Below are positions 1 through 10,650 of a stretch of 38,072 nucleotides of DNA, piece by piece (within the stretch, counting starts at the first letter, position 1; every line of letters begins with the position of its first letter). The stretch spans positions 1 through 38,072 of the forward strand of contig CAYPWK010000005.1 in NCBI GenBank assembly GCA_964414365.1, read 5' to 3'. The notes under the pieces are model-generated. The model was given only the letters and a program-made list of their open reading frames with translations. It made no database searches and had not been told where the DNA came from. The position numbers and the translations under genes are program-made. The DNA is from an uncultured Burkholderia sp. Its GTDB lineage: Bacteria; Pseudomonadota; Gammaproteobacteria; Burkholderiales; Burkholderiaceae.

Positions 1-927
<927 letters not shown>

Positions 928-954
928 TCAATCCTTCCAGTACCGCTTCAATCT

Positions 955-1509
955 TCAATGCCAGGCGAGCGCGACCCAGTACGTCTTCAGCGCGATGAGA
1001 TAGGTCACAATGAGCGGCAGCCACCGCACCTCGTGATACCAAAGGCCGATTGCGACGAACATCGCAACCGTCACCCCCATCTTCAGCGCTTCCCCGATCA
1101 TCCATGTCAGGATCGATGCGGATGCGCCTGCCTTTTTGAGACGTGCCGCGAACAACGCGCTCGGCACCCAACAAATCGCCCCGCCCAGGAACGCTGACAG
1201 CGCAGCAGCGCCCGGCGGCTCGTAAAACAGCCACCAACACAACGACGCGACCAGGGACAAAACCATTTGCGCCATCACGACCTTGAACGGCGTGACGCGC
1301 GATGGGCGGCTCACCTTCGGACCGAACAGCTTCTCAGCTTCGGCCCGCGTGAGCGGAACGGTATTTATTTCATGCTGCTCGGCATCCCACGCATCGTCAA
1401 AATTTGCGCCGTGACCGACGCTCGCGGTGTTGGGCGCGCGGTTGGGCGCGGTCTCGGGCGAGCGTGTCTCCTGCCTTTTGTTTGGCTTTTGATCCGCCAT
1501 CGCCGTCAT
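955..1509 (-). CDS. atpI: ATP synthase subunit I (AtpI)
   Basis: Hydrophobic C-terminal half (SAFLGGAICWVPSALFA, GEALKMGVT) directly upstream of atpB. Start is uncertain (1509 or 1500; track ORF begins at 1560). Confidence 0.9.
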   Translation of the reverse strand: MTAMADQKPNKRQETRSPETAPNRAPNTASVGHGANFDDAWDAEQHEINTVPLTRAEAEKLFGPKVSRPSRVTPFKVVMAQMVLSLVASLCWWLFYEPPGAAALSAFLGGAICWVPSALFAARLKKAGASASILTWMIGEALKMGVTVAMFVAIGLWYHEVRWLPLIVTYLIALKTYWVALAWH

Positions 1510-1634
1510 CCTGCAAAGACCCTTTCTACCCGCCACTACCGCCGCTTGCATCGCGCGCACTGTGACTTCCCGCAGTGTGACATCACGTCGCCTTTCGCCG
1601 TGCTTACGGGCTGCCTAGCTGATAAATCCGGGCG

Positions 1635-1663
1635 ATTGTAAGCGATAGTTGCAAGTGATTCAA
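1635..1663 (-). promoter_or_regulatory. sigma70-type promoter of the atp operon
   Basis: Minus strand reads TTGAAT-17 nt-TACAAT, about 125 nt upstream of atpI. Confidence 0.7.
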
Positions 1664-1758
1664 GACTTTAGCCGCGACGAAAATGTGCGGTGAAGCGACG
1701 TTCCGATGAGGGCCGCGCGACTATCAATCGACTTTCAGTGTGCGTGCGAGATGCGGCG

Positions 1759-2916
1759 TCAATGCAAGCTGAGCAACCAGGCGCCCAGCGCGCAAGCGAC
1801 GACCCAGAATGGAATCGAGACGAGATGAAAGCCGAGCCAGACACCGCGCTCTTTAGCAAGCCTGACGGCGATCAGATTCGCGAGCGAGCCGATGGCGATG
1901 CCAAAGCCCCCGACGCTGACGCCGAAGGCAAGCGCTCGCCAGTCCTTGGTGAATTCGGCCAGCATGATCGCAGCCGGCACGTTGCTGATGCCTTGCGAGA
2001 GCACGGCCGCTGAGAGGTAGGCCGAAAGCGGCTTGGCGAGCTCGAAGGTTGCGATCGTCTCGCGTATCGACGGCAATGCGGCGACGCTGCGAAGCACGAT
2101 GAACATCAGCACGAAAACGAGCAGCAGGACCCAGTCGATTTTCAGCACGGCATCGCGCCGCCAGACGAGAAAGCCCATCGCGACGCCGGCAAGGCCGATG
2201 CCGGGATGATGGGAATCGGCGAGCAGCACGAACGCGACGAAAAGCAGCGCCGCCGTGCCGGCGTAAGCGCGATCGACGGGCTCCGTGGGCGCGTCGCGCG
2301 AGAGATCGAGCGGCTTGCCCGCGAACGCAAAGGCGGCGATACAGTAGAGCATCGCCATCAATAGGGCGCAAAGCGGCGCGAGCGCGAGCACGAAGCGCCC
2401 GAACGACACGCCGCTCGTTTGCCAGAGGAACAGATTCTGCGGATTGCCGAGCGGCGTCAGGACCGAGCCCGCATTCACGGCGAGCGCCGTGAAGATCGCA
2501 AGCCGCTTGACGGGCAACGGCGTCAGCCGGTTCAGCGACAGCACGAGCGGGACGACGACGAAGAGCGCGACATCGTTCGTGACGAGCATCGAGAGGACGG
2601 CCGCAAGCCCGATCAGGAGGAACGCAAGCGCGCGCTCGGAATGCACGCGGTGCACGACACGATGCGCAAGCCACATCAGAAAGCCCGACAACTCGACCGC
2701 TTTCGTCAGTATCAGCAGACCCGCGAGCGTCAGAACGGTCGGCCAGTCGACGAGGTGCGGCAATTTGTCCCATGGGCGCGGATGGAGCCATTGCAGCGCG
2801 AGCAGCGCGACAACGAGGATCGACAGGATCGGCTCCCGCGCGGCGAACGAGAGCCATTGCAGAAAGCGGGTCGGGCCGCTCGCGCGGGCTGGCCGCGCCT
2901 TGTCAGCTGTTGTCAT
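1759..2916 (-). CDS. SLC13/ArsB-NhaD family anion permease (YbiR-like)
   Basis: Multi-TM protein with LVTNDVALF, GSVLTPLGNPQNL, SNVPA and IGSLANLI motifs. Confidence 0.85.
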   Translation of the reverse strand: MTTADKARPARASGPTRFLQWLSFAAREPILSILVVALLALQWLHPRPWDKLPHLVDWPTVLTLAGLLILTKAVELSGFLMWLAHRVVHRVHSERALAFLLIGLAAVLSMLVTNDVALFVVVPLVLSLNRLTPLPVKRLAIFTALAVNAGSVLTPLGNPQNLFLWQTSGVSFGRFVLALAPLCALLMAMLYCIAAFAFAGKPLDLSRDAPTEPVDRAYAGTAALLFVAFVLLADSHHPGIGLAGVAMGFLVWRRDAVLKIDWVLLLVFVLMFIVLRSVAALPSIRETIATFELAKPLSAYLSAAVLSQGISNVPAAIMLAEFTKDWRALAFGVSVGGFGIAIGSLANLIAVRLAKERGVWLGFHLVSIPFWVVACALGAWLLSLH

Positions 2917-3001
2917 GATCTCGCGCGAATGAGCGTTCTACGGCGACGATCGGTGAACCGGAGCGGCATTTGCCCCGGCGCCGCGAGAGGCGTGCCGCGG
3001 C

Positions 3002-3892
3002 TCACGCAGCCGGGCCACCGCGCAAGCGCACGAGGATTCCTTCGAGGGCGTCCAGATCGCCGAAATCGATCTGCAGCTGGCCGCGCCCTCGCCGCCCCAG
3101 CTTGATCTTCACAGAGGCCGCCAGCAAATCGGAAAGCTCCTCCTCGAGCCTCCGAGTGTCGCGGCCGCCGTCATGATCATTGACGCGCGCCTTGACGGCC
3201 GGAGCCGCCTTCGTCGTCGCGGCGACAAGCCGCTCGGTCTCGCGCACCGACATCCCCTTGTTCACGACCTGATTCGCCAGCGTGATTTGCGACGCGGCGT
3301 CCACCGCAAGCAGCGCACGCGCGTGGCCCATGTCGAGATCGCCGGCAAGCAGCATCGTCTGCACCGGTGTGGCGAGGTTCAGCAGCCGCAGCAGGTTCGA
3401 GACGGCGCTGCGCGAGCGCCCCACCGATTCGGCGGCCTGCTCGTGCGTGAAGTTGAACTCGTCAAGCAGCCGCTGGATGCCCTGCGCCTCTTCGAGCGGA
3501 TTCAAATCCTCGCGCTGAATGTTCTCGATCAGCGCCATCGCGGCGGCGGCCTGGTCCGGCACGTCCTTGACGAGCACCGGCACCTCTTCCAGACCCGCGA
3601 GATGCGCCGCGCGAAAGCGCCGCTCGCCCGCAATGATTTCGTACTTCTCGGCCGATACGGGGCGAACGAGGATCGGCTGCATGAGGCCTTGCGCGCGGAT
3701 GCTGGCCGCAAGCTCCTGCAGGCTGCCTTCGTCCATGCGCGTGCGCGGCTGGTACTTGCCCGCCTGCAACCGCGCGAGCGGCAACACGTGCGGAGCACCC
3801 TCGCTTTTCACAGCGGCCGTGATATCGGTGCTGCCGCCGAGGAGCGCCTCGAGACCACGCCCCAACCCTTTCTTCTTCGCCACCGCATTCAT
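3002..3892 (-). CDS. parB: Chromosome partitioning protein ParB
   Basis: KKKGLGRGL N-terminal peptide, YQPR, IIAGERRFRA, ENIQREDL and an HTH region (SRSAVSNLLRLL). Start placed at MNAVAKKK. Confidence 0.97.
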   Translation of the reverse strand: MNAVAKKKGLGRGLEALLGGSTDITAAVKSEGAPHVLPLARLQAGKYQPRTRMDEGSLQELAASIRAQGLMQPILVRPVSAEKYEIIAGERRFRAAHLAGLEEVPVLVKDVPDQAAAAMALIENIQREDLNPLEEAQGIQRLLDEFNFTHEQAAESVGRSRSAVSNLLRLLNLATPVQTMLLAGDLDMGHARALLAVDAASQITLANQVVNKGMSVRETERLVAATTKAAPAVKARVNDHDGGRDTRRLEEELSDLLAASVKIKLGRRGRGQLQIDFGDLDALEGILVRLRGGPAA

Positions 3893-3932
3893 TTCGTTTC
3901 CTCGCGATCCGCTTTCCGTACCGCGCCGCGCG

Positions 3933-4703
3933 TCAAAGCGCGCGCACGCGTTCAATCATCTCCGCGCCAAACTGCACATAGGCTTGCGCGCCGCGCGACG
4001 CCCTATCGAACACGACGCCCGGCAATCCGTAGCTCGGCGCTTCCGCGAGCCTCACGTTACGTGGGATCACGGCGTCGAACACTTTGTCGCCGAAGTGCTC
4101 TTTCAATTGATCGGAAACCTGCTGCTGCAGCGTGATTCGAGGGTCGAACATCACGCGCAAAAGGCCAATCACTTTGAGATCGCGATTGAGATTCGCGTGC
4201 ACCGTCTTGATCGTGTTGACGAGGTCCGAAAGCCCTTCGAGCGCGAAATATTCGCACTGCATGGGGATAACGACGCCGTGCGCCGCGCAGAGGCCGTTCA
4301 GCGTCAAAAGTGAGAGCGCCGGCGGACAGTCGATCAAGATGAAGTCGTAGTCGTTCGCGACGTGTGTGAGCGCTTCCTTCAGCTGGCGTTCGCGATTTTC
4401 TACGTCGACGAGTTCGATTTCAGCGCCGGCAAGTTCACGGTTCGCCGGCAAAACGTGGTAGCCGACCGCCTCCGGCTTCTTGCGCGCATCGGCCACCGAG
4501 ACACCGTCGACGAGCACTTCGTAGACCGTGTGCTCGCATTCGGCCTTGTTGATGCCGCTGCCCATCGTTGCATTGCCCTGCGGATCGAGATCGATAAGCA
4601 GGACGCGCTGCTCCTGCGAAACGAGACTCGCGGCGAGGTTGACTGCCGTCGTCGTCTTGCCGACACCGCCCTTCTGATTCGCGACGCAGAAGATTTTTGC
4701 CAT
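3933..4703 (-). CDS. parA: Chromosome partitioning ATPase ParA/Soj
   Basis: Deviant Walker A NQKGGVGKTT, DLDPQGN, IDCPP, IPRNVRLAEAPS. Confidence 0.97.
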   Translation of the reverse strand: MAKIFCVANQKGGVGKTTTAVNLAASLVSQEQRVLLIDLDPQGNATMGSGINKAECEHTVYEVLVDGVSVADARKKPEAVGYHVLPANRELAGAEIELVDVENRERQLKEALTHVANDYDFILIDCPPALSLLTLNGLCAAHGVVIPMQCEYFALEGLSDLVNTIKTVHANLNRDLKVIGLLRVMFDPRITLQQQVSDQLKEHFGDKVFDAVIPRNVRLAEAPSYGLPGVVFDRASRGAQAYVQFGAEMIERVRAL

Positions 4704-4776
4704 CGTTTTCCTGGATCCTCGAAGCTACCTGAGTTCTTATGCCGCGCTGTTTGCCGCGAGCCCGTGCTGCATACGC

Positions 4777-5487
4777 CTACCGCGAGCCGGTTGGCTCCCT
4801 GCGGTCGATGATGACTTCGACCAGATGCCGCTCCGCATCGAGCGACGGCACCGCCAACCGAACGACCTGCGCCGCATGCGCATCAGCGGGCAAACGTGAA
4901 ATCTCCTCGTCCGGACGCACGCCCTTCATCGCCCAAATCGATCCGCGCTCGCTGACCAGGTGCCGCGAAAGTGTAACGAAATCGGCGAGCTCTGCGAATG
5001 CGCGCGAAACAATAGCGTCGAATTTTCCCGACACTTCAATGCCGGGATGCAAGTTTTCAACGCGCCCCGTCACTACCGAGAGATTAGCAAGCCTGAGCTC
5101 GGCCTTTGCCTGCGCCTGAAAGGCCGTTTTTTTCTGGACGATGTCATTGAGCGTAATCGCCCGCTCAGGAAATGCGATGGCTAACACGATCCCTGGCAAT
5201 CCGCCGCCCGATCCGACGTCAAGAACCGACGCGCCCTCGCGCGCAGCCAAATGCGGAACGATCGAAAGTGAATCCAGAATGTGCTGCACGAGCATCTGGC
5301 GCGGATCGCGAATGGCCGTCAGGTTATAGACGGCGTTCCATTTGGCGAGCAACGCCACGTAATCGAGCAGCCGCTCCACTTGTTCGTCGCGGAGATCGAC
5401 GCCGAGGGCGGCCGCCCCACTGCGCAGCGGCTCCTCGAGGGCGCTTCGGTCGATCGCTTGTCGCGAGTTCTGCCGCGATGCCGTCAT
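4777..5487 (-). CDS. rsmG: 16S rRNA m7G527 methyltransferase RsmG (GidB)
   Basis: [31 protein letters not shown]. The start ATG overlaps the mnmG stop (ATGA). Confidence 0.96.
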   Translation of the reverse strand: MTASRQNSRQAIDRSALEEPLRSGAAALGVDLRDEQVERLLDYVALLAKWNAVYNLTAIRDPRQMLVQHILDSLSIVPHLAAREGASVLDVGSGGGLPGIVLAIAFPERAITLNDIVQKKTAFQAQAKAELRLANLSVVTGRVENLHPGIEVSGKFDAIVSRAFAELADFVTLSRHLVSERGSIWAMKGVRPDEEISRLPADAHAAQVVRLAVPSLDAERHLVEVIIDRREPTGSR

Positions 5488-7448
5488 CGCGCAGCCGGTG
5501 CGGCATCCGAGCCACAATCGTCGGTGGTGACGGGCGCTGCACGCCGACCGAGCCCTTTCTTCAGATGAACCATCAGCAGCGAGATCGTCGCGGGGGTGAT
5601 CCCCGAGATCCGCGACGCTTGGCCAATCGTCTCAGGCCGGAATTGATTGAGCTTTTGACGCGCTTCGAACGATAGCCCTCGAACTGCCATGTAATCGATG
5701 CCTTCCGGCAGACGCGTGTTCTCGTTGGCCTCGTTGCGCTCGATCTCGTCGGCCTGACGTTCGATGTACCCCTGATACTTGACGCCGATCTCGATCTGCT
5801 CCTTGATCTGCGCGAGCAGAACGGGATCGTCTGCCAGCGGCTCGTCCGGCCCGCACTCGCCACCGCGAAGCCCGCAAATACCGTCATACGTTACGCCGGG
5901 GCGCCGCAGCAGGTCTGCGAGGCTGTATTCGTGGTCAATCGGCTTGCCGAGCAGCGCAGTCGCCTCGTCGGCGGCAAGCGTCTTAGGATTGACCCACGTC
6001 GCGCGGAGCCGCTCTGTTTCACGTGAAACAGCATCGCGCTTGCGGCAAAACGCATCCCAGCGGGCGTCATCGACGACCCCAAGCTCTCGCCCAACTTCGG
6101 TCAGCCGCATGTCCGCGTTGTCCTCTCGAAGGCTGAGCCGGTACTCGGCGCGGCTCGTGAACATCCGATACGGCTCAGAGACGCCGCGCGTCACGAGGTC
6201 GTCGACGAGAACCCCGAGGTACGCCTGATCGCGCCGCGGCGACCACGGCGCCTTGTCGAGCACGTAGCAACCCGCGTTGATGCCGGCGAGGAGCCCTTGC
6301 GCGGCAGCCTCTTCATAGCCCGTGGTGCCGTTGATCTGCCCCGCAAAAAAGAGGCCCTGGATCGCCTTCGTCTCGAGCGACGCCTTCAGCGCGCGCGGAT
6401 CGAAATAGTCGTATTCGATCGCATAGCCGGGGCGCAAGATGTGCGCGTTTTCGAGTCCACGCATCGAGTGCACGAGTTCCAACTGCACGTCGAAAGGCAG
6501 ACTGGTGGAAATCCCATTCGGGTAGAACTCGTTCGTCGTCAGCCCTTCGGGTTCAAGGAAGATCTGATGCGACGTCTTCGATGCAAACCGATGAATTTTG
6601 TCTTCGATCGACGGGCAATAGCGCGGCCCCACTCCCTCGATGACGCCGGTATACATCGGTGACCGATCGAGCCCGCCGCGAATGATATCGTGCGTCCTCT
6701 CATTGGTATGCGTCACCCAGCACGGCAACTGCTGCGGGTGCTGCTCTACGCGACCGAGAAACGAAAAGACCGGGATCGGATCAAGATCGCCGGGTTGCTC
6801 TTCGAGCATCGAGAAATCGATCGAGCGCCCGTCGATACGCGGCGGTGTCCCCGTCTTTAGCCGTCCCTGCGGAAGCTTCAGCTCTTTCAGCCGAGCCGAA
6901 AGCGTCACGGCGGCCGGATCGCCTGCGCGGCCACCGGTGTAATTGTTGAGCCCGACGTGAATCTTGCCGTCGAGGAACGTGCCGGCCGTCAGAACGACAG
7001 CGCGCGAACTAAAGCGGATCCCGATCTGCGTCACGGCACCGACGACACGGTCCCCTTCGACGATCAAGTCCTCGACAGCCTGCTGGAACAGCCAGAGATT
7101 CGGCTGGTTTTCGAGCCGATGGCGAATCGCCTTCTTATAGAGGACTCGGTCGGCTTGCGCTCGCGTGGCGCGGACCGCAGGGCCCTTCGACGAATTGAGG
7201 ATGCGGAACTGAATGCCGGCCTCGTCCGTCGCGGCTGCCATCGCACCGCCCAGCGCGTCGACCTCCTTGACCAGATGGCCCTTGCCGATCCCCCCGATCG
7301 AGGGGTTGCAGCTCATTTGGCCGAGCGTTTCGATATTGTGCGTAAGCAGCAGGGTCTTTGCGCCCATGCGCGCGGACGCCAAAGCGGCTTCAGTGCCGGC
7401 GTGACCGCCGCCGACCACGATGACGTCGAATTCAGTGGGATAAAGCAT
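5484..7448 (-). CDS. mnmG: tRNA uridine-5-carboxymethylaminomethyl synthesis enzyme MnmG (GidA)
   Basis: [53 protein letters not shown]. Confidence 0.98.
   Translation of the reverse strand: MLYPTEFDVIVVGGGHAGTEAALASARMGAKTLLLTHNIETLGQMSCNPSIGGIGKGHLVKEVDALGGAMAAATDEAGIQFRILNSSKGPAVRATRAQADRVLYKKAIRHRLENQPNLWLFQQAVEDLIVEGDRVVGAVTQIGIRFSSRAVVLTAGTFLDGKIHVGLNNYTGGRAGDPAAVTLSARLKELKLPQGRLKTGTPPRIDGRSIDFSMLEEQPGDLDPIPVFSFLGRVEQHPQQLPCWVTHTNERTHDIIRGGLDRSPMYTGVIEGVGPRYCPSIEDKIHRFASKTSHQIFLEPEGLTTNEFYPNGISTSLPFDVQLELVHSMRGLENAHILRPGYAIEYDYFDPRALKASLETKAIQGLFFAGQINGTTGYEEAAAQGLLAGINAGCYVLDKAPWSPRRDQAYLGVLVDDLVTRGVSEPYRMFTSRAEYRLSLREDNADMRLTEVGRELGVVDDARWDAFCRKRDAVSRETERLRATWVNPKTLAADEATALLGKPIDHEYSLADLLRRPGVTYDGICGLRGGECGPDEPLADDPVLLAQIKEQIEIGVKYQGYIERQADEIERNEANENTRLPEGIDYMAVRGLSFEARQKLNQFRPETIGQASRISGITPATISLLMVHLKKGLGRRAAPVTTDDCGSDAAPAAR
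6015..6030. promoter_or_regulatory. parS site (inside mnmG)
   Basis: TGTTTCACGTGAAACA, a perfect match to the canonical 16-bp chromosomal parS palindrome, about 2 kb from parB. Confidence 0.93.
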
Positions 7449-7508
7449 TGCGGATCCCGCGCAACGCGCGTGCGCCTGCGCGGGCCTTTCAGGAGAAGTG
7501 GATGCGAA

Positions 7509-7529
7509 ATTATAGCGGGTTCACCCGCT
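7509..7529 (-). promoter_or_regulatory. Putative mnmG promoter -10 with an adjacent inverted repeat
   Basis: TATAAT on the minus strand at 7509-7514, with AGCGGGT-TC-ACCCGCT at 7514-7529. No clear -35. Confidence 0.45.
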
Positions 7530-7665
7530 TCCCACGCCTGTGCCGAATGGGCGGGAGCCGCCTGACATCGAAAAAAACGGCGGATCAAGTCTCGAGCAGT
7601 TCGCCGAGCGGCCTTAGCCGGGTTTGGCGAACGCTATGGGGAGGGGTTACGCCACTCGCACACAC

Positions 7666-7718
7666 TCGCCGAGATCCCAGCCCTTCAGGCGGGCTCCCCT
7701 TCCAGGCGGGGTTTCAAA
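7666..7718 (-). repeat. Degenerate, shortened copy of the ~80-bp palindromic repeat, inverted relative to the other two copies
   Basis: TCGCCGAGATCCCAGCCCTTCAGGCGGG...GCGGGGTTTCAAA aligns with the reverse complement of 20223-20302 at both ends. Confidence 0.55.
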
Positions 7719-7821
7719 GTAAGTCGGTCTTAGGATGAAGGCCGTCGAGCGCGCGATCGATTCGGGCAAGCTTGGATCGAGCGACCCTCTCCTTCAGTGA
7801 CCTGATGTATGACGGCCGCAG

Positions 7822-7837
7822 CGTTTCACGTGAAACA
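7822..7837. promoter_or_regulatory. parS site (intergenic)
   Basis: CGTTTCACGTGAAACA, 15/16 match to the canonical parS. Confidence 0.9.
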
Positions 7838-7898
7838 CTTCACGGTTTCACAGCGATCCGCATCCCGCATCTGGCCCGCGGCGGTCTGCCTCGTCGCG

Positions 7899-8645
7899 CT
7901 AGGCAGTTTTCTTGACCAAGCCAAGATAGGTTTCGATGATGCGCGGGTTATTCGCGAGCTCGGTTGCCGGCCCCTCGATTGCAAGCTCTCCCGTCTCGAG
8001 CACATAGCCGTAATCGGATATCTGCAGTGCGGCGCGCGCATTCTGCTCGATCAGAAGCGTCGCCACGCCTGTCGCCTTCAGTGCGCTGATGACATGGAAG
8101 ATCTCTTTTACGATGAGCGGGGCCAAACCGAGGCTTGGCTCGTCGAGCATGAGGATGTCCGGCTTGGCCATGAGCGCGCGCCCGAGCGCCAGCATTTGCC
8201 GCTCGCCGCCCGACAGCGTGCCCGCGGCCTGCTTCCGACGTTCCTTGAGGCGCGGAAACAGGTCGAAGACGGGCCCCAATTGGCCGAGGAAGTCGCGGTC
8301 GCCGGCGCGTTTGCGGCGATAGGCGCCGAGCACGAGGTTGTCCTCGACCGTCATCGACGCGAACAGCTCGCGTTTTTCCGGCACGAGGCACATACCGCGA
8401 GCGACGCGTGCCTCTATCGGCAGCATCGCGACCTCTTCGCCGCGGTACCGGACCTGCCCCGTTGCGTACCCGCCCGGCGGCAAGGCCCCCATGACCGCGT
8501 TCAGCAGCGTCGACTTGCCCGCACCGTTGGGCCCAATTACGCTGACGATTTGACCGGGACGTACTTCGATCGAGACCCCATGTAGCGCCTCCACCTTCCC
8601 GTAGCGCACTGCGAGCCCTGATGCCGCGAGAATCGGCTCTTTCAT
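7899..8645 (-). CDS. Branched-chain amino acid-type ABC transporter ATP-binding protein (LivF-like)
   Basis: [24 protein letters not shown]. Start placed at MKEPILAA. Confidence 0.93.
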   Translation of the reverse strand: MKEPILAASGLAVRYGKVEALHGVSIEVRPGQIVSVIGPNGAGKSTLLNAVMGALPPGGYATGQVRYRGEEVAMLPIEARVARGMCLVPEKRELFASMTVEDNLVLGAYRRKRAGDRDFLGQLGPVFDLFPRLKERRKQAAGTLSGGERQMLALGRALMAKPDILMLDEPSLGLAPLIVKEIFHVISALKATGVATLLIEQNARAALQISDYGYVLETGELAIEGPATELANNPRIIETYLGLVKKTA

Positions 8646-8656
8646 CGCAAATCTAT

Positions 8657-8734
8657 GCCTCGGTTGGAAGCCCGGCCTTTTGGCCGGTGAGCCGGGGCCC
8701 CGGCCTGAAGGCCTGGAGTTTCGGCGATTCTTTG
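8657..8734 (+). repeat. ~80-bp palindromic intergenic repeat, copy 1
   Basis: About 70/80 positions identical to 20223-20302 by manual alignment; contains the GCCGGGGCCCCGGC palindrome. Confidence 0.85.
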
Positions 8735-8788
8735 GGAGCGTGCAAACCCCTCCCAAAAGTGTTATGCCAAACCGGCCGCAATGCCGGT

Positions 8789-8797
8789 TGTGGATAA
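8789..8797. promoter_or_regulatory. Isolated consensus DnaA box
   Basis: TGTGGATAA (= TTATCCACA on the minus strand) in an intergenic gap. Confidence 0.5.
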
Positions 8798-8816
8798 CTG
8801 CTGATTTCGCTCATCG

Positions 8817-10646
8817 TCATTCCACCCCGCCAAGATAGGCTTCGACGACGGCTGGATCGTTCTGGACGTCCTGAGGCAGACCGTGCGCAATACGTGTCCC
8901 GAACTCCATGACGACGATCCGATCCGCCAGATTCATGACGAAGTCCATATCATGCTCGACGAGCAGCACGCTCATTCCTTCGGATTTGAGTTTCCGCAGC
9001 AACTCGGCGAGCTGCTGCTTTTCCTGGTAGCGAAGCCCGGCGGCCGGCTCGTCCAGCAACAGCAGCACCGGGTCGCAGCAAAGCGCGCGTGCGATCTCGA
9101 GGATGCGCTGTTGCCCGAGGGCAAGGCTGCCTGCCTCGTCGTACGTATGCTGCGCGAGCCCGACGCGCTCCAGCTGGCTGGCGGCTTCTGTCATCAGGCG
9201 GCCCTCCTCCGCTGCGTTCAGGCGCGCGATGCTGCGCCAGACGCCCGTCGATCCGCGCAGATGAGCGCCGAGCGCGACATTCTCGAGCACCGTCATCCCA
9301 GGCAGCAGCTTCACGTGCTGGAACGTGCGACCGATGCCGCGCCGCACGATTTCACGTGAACGGAGCGTATCGACCCGCTCGCCGGCGAAGCGGATCGTTC
9401 CGCTCGTCGCACGCAGGACGCCCGTGACCAGATTGAACGTCGTCGATTTGCCGGCGCCGTTTGGCCCGATCAGAGCGACGATTTCGCCCGATGCAACTTC
9501 GAAGCTGACGTCGTTGACCGCGACGAGCCCACCGAACTCCTTGCGAGCCTTCTCGACGACGAGCAAGGTCTCGCCGGCTGCGGGTTTTGTGCGCCGCGGC
9601 AAAGGGGTCCCCACCGCGCCGGTCGTATTCCCGCCCACATCGGGTGCATGCGCGGGTGCATGCGCGGAGGGCTCGCGTGGAAACCAGCGCGCAACGAACG
9701 GCCAGACGCCACGCCGCGCGTATTGCAGCAGCAGCACCATCAGCACCCCGAAGACGATGATTTCGAAGTTCCCGCTCTGGCCGAGCAGCCCGGGCAACAG
9801 ATTCTGCAAATAGTCCTGAAGCACGGTGAGGATCGCGGCACCGAGAACCGCACCCCAGACGTGCGCGACGCCGCCCACGACAGCCATGAATAGATATTCG
9901 ATCCCGTGATTAAGGCCGAAAGGCGTCGGATTCACGGCTCGCTGCAGGTGCGCGTAGAGGAAGCCGGAAATGGCCGCGAGCACGGCGGCGTAGACGAAAA
10001 TGACGATCCGCATCCAGACCGTGTCTACGCCCATTGCTTCTGCCATCACGCTTGCGCCGCGCAATGCGCGGATCGCGCGGCCTGGGCGGCTGTTGAGCAG
10101 GTTCTGCACGGAGACGACCGACGCGAGCGCCACGGCCCAGATGAGGTAGTAGATGGTGCGGCCTGACGCGAGCGAGAGGCCGAAGACGGAAAGTGCCGGA
10201 ATGCCGTTGATGCCGTCGTATTTGCCGAGCCAGTCGACGTTGCCAAAGAGGTAATAGAGCGAGAGGCCCCAGGCGATCGTGCCGAGCGGCAGAAAATGCC
10301 CTGAGAGACGCATCGTTACTCCGCCGATGACCAGCGCGACGGCCGCTATCAGCACGATGCCGACGATGAGCGCAAGCCATGGCGACAGCGAAAAATGCGT
10401 CGTCAGGTACGCCGTGACATAAGCACCGATTCCGACGAACGCCGCCTGCCCGAAGCTCGTCATCCCGCCGATGCCCGTTAGCAGAACGAGGCCGACTGCA
10501 ACGATCGAATAGAGCCCGATATAGTTGAAGAGCGTGATCCAGTACTCGGGGACGCGAATCGGCGCCGGCAAGACGGGCAGCACGAAGATAGCCACGAGAA
10601 AGAGCCAGAACGGCTTCTTGAGCGGTTGCAGACGGTTCGCGCTCAA
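8817..10646 (-). CDS. Fused LivM-type permease / LivG-type ATPase of an ABC importer
   Basis: N-terminal permease (SFGQAAFVGIGAY, RLSGHFLPLGTIAW) joined to an ATPase ([26 protein letters not shown]). TTG start. Confidence 0.92.
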   Translation of the reverse strand: MSANRLQPLKKPFWLFLVAIFVLPVLPAPIRVPEYWITLFNYIGLYSIVAVGLVLLTGIGGMTSFGQAAFVGIGAYVTAYLTTHFSLSPWLALIVGIVLIAAVALVIGGVTMRLSGHFLPLGTIAWGLSLYYLFGNVDWLGKYDGINGIPALSVFGLSLASGRTIYYLIWAVALASVVSVQNLLNSRPGRAIRALRGASVMAEAMGVDTVWMRIVIFVYAAVLAAISGFLYAHLQRAVNPTPFGLNHGIEYLFMAVVGGVAHVWGAVLGAAILTVLQDYLQNLLPGLLGQSGNFEIIVFGVLMVLLLQYARRGVWPFVARWFPREPSAHAPAHAPDVGGNTTGAVGTPLPRRTKPAAGETLLVVEKARKEFGGLVAVNDVSFEVASGEIVALIGPNGAGKSTTFNLVTGVLRATSGTIRFAGERVDTLRSREIVRRGIGRTFQHVKLLPGMTVLENVALGAHLRGSTGVWRSIARLNAAEEGRLMTEAASQLERVGLAQHTYDEAGSLALGQQRILEIARALCCDPVLLLLDEPAAGLRYQEKQQLAELLRKLKSEGMSVLLVEHDMDFVMNLADRIVVMEFGTRIAHGLPQDVQNDPAVVEAYLGGVE

Positions 10647-10650
10647 CGCT

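Noticed and set aside
1561-1587. TGTGAC direct repeat in the atp leader, superficially CRP-like
   Set aside because: Spacing does not fit TGTGA-N6-TCACA, and two 6-mers can occur by chance.
9348-9363. parS-like GATTTCACGTGAACGG inside the fused permease-ATPase gene
   Set aside because: Only the 10-bp core is palindromic (about 11/16 match); at best a weak site and explainable by codons.
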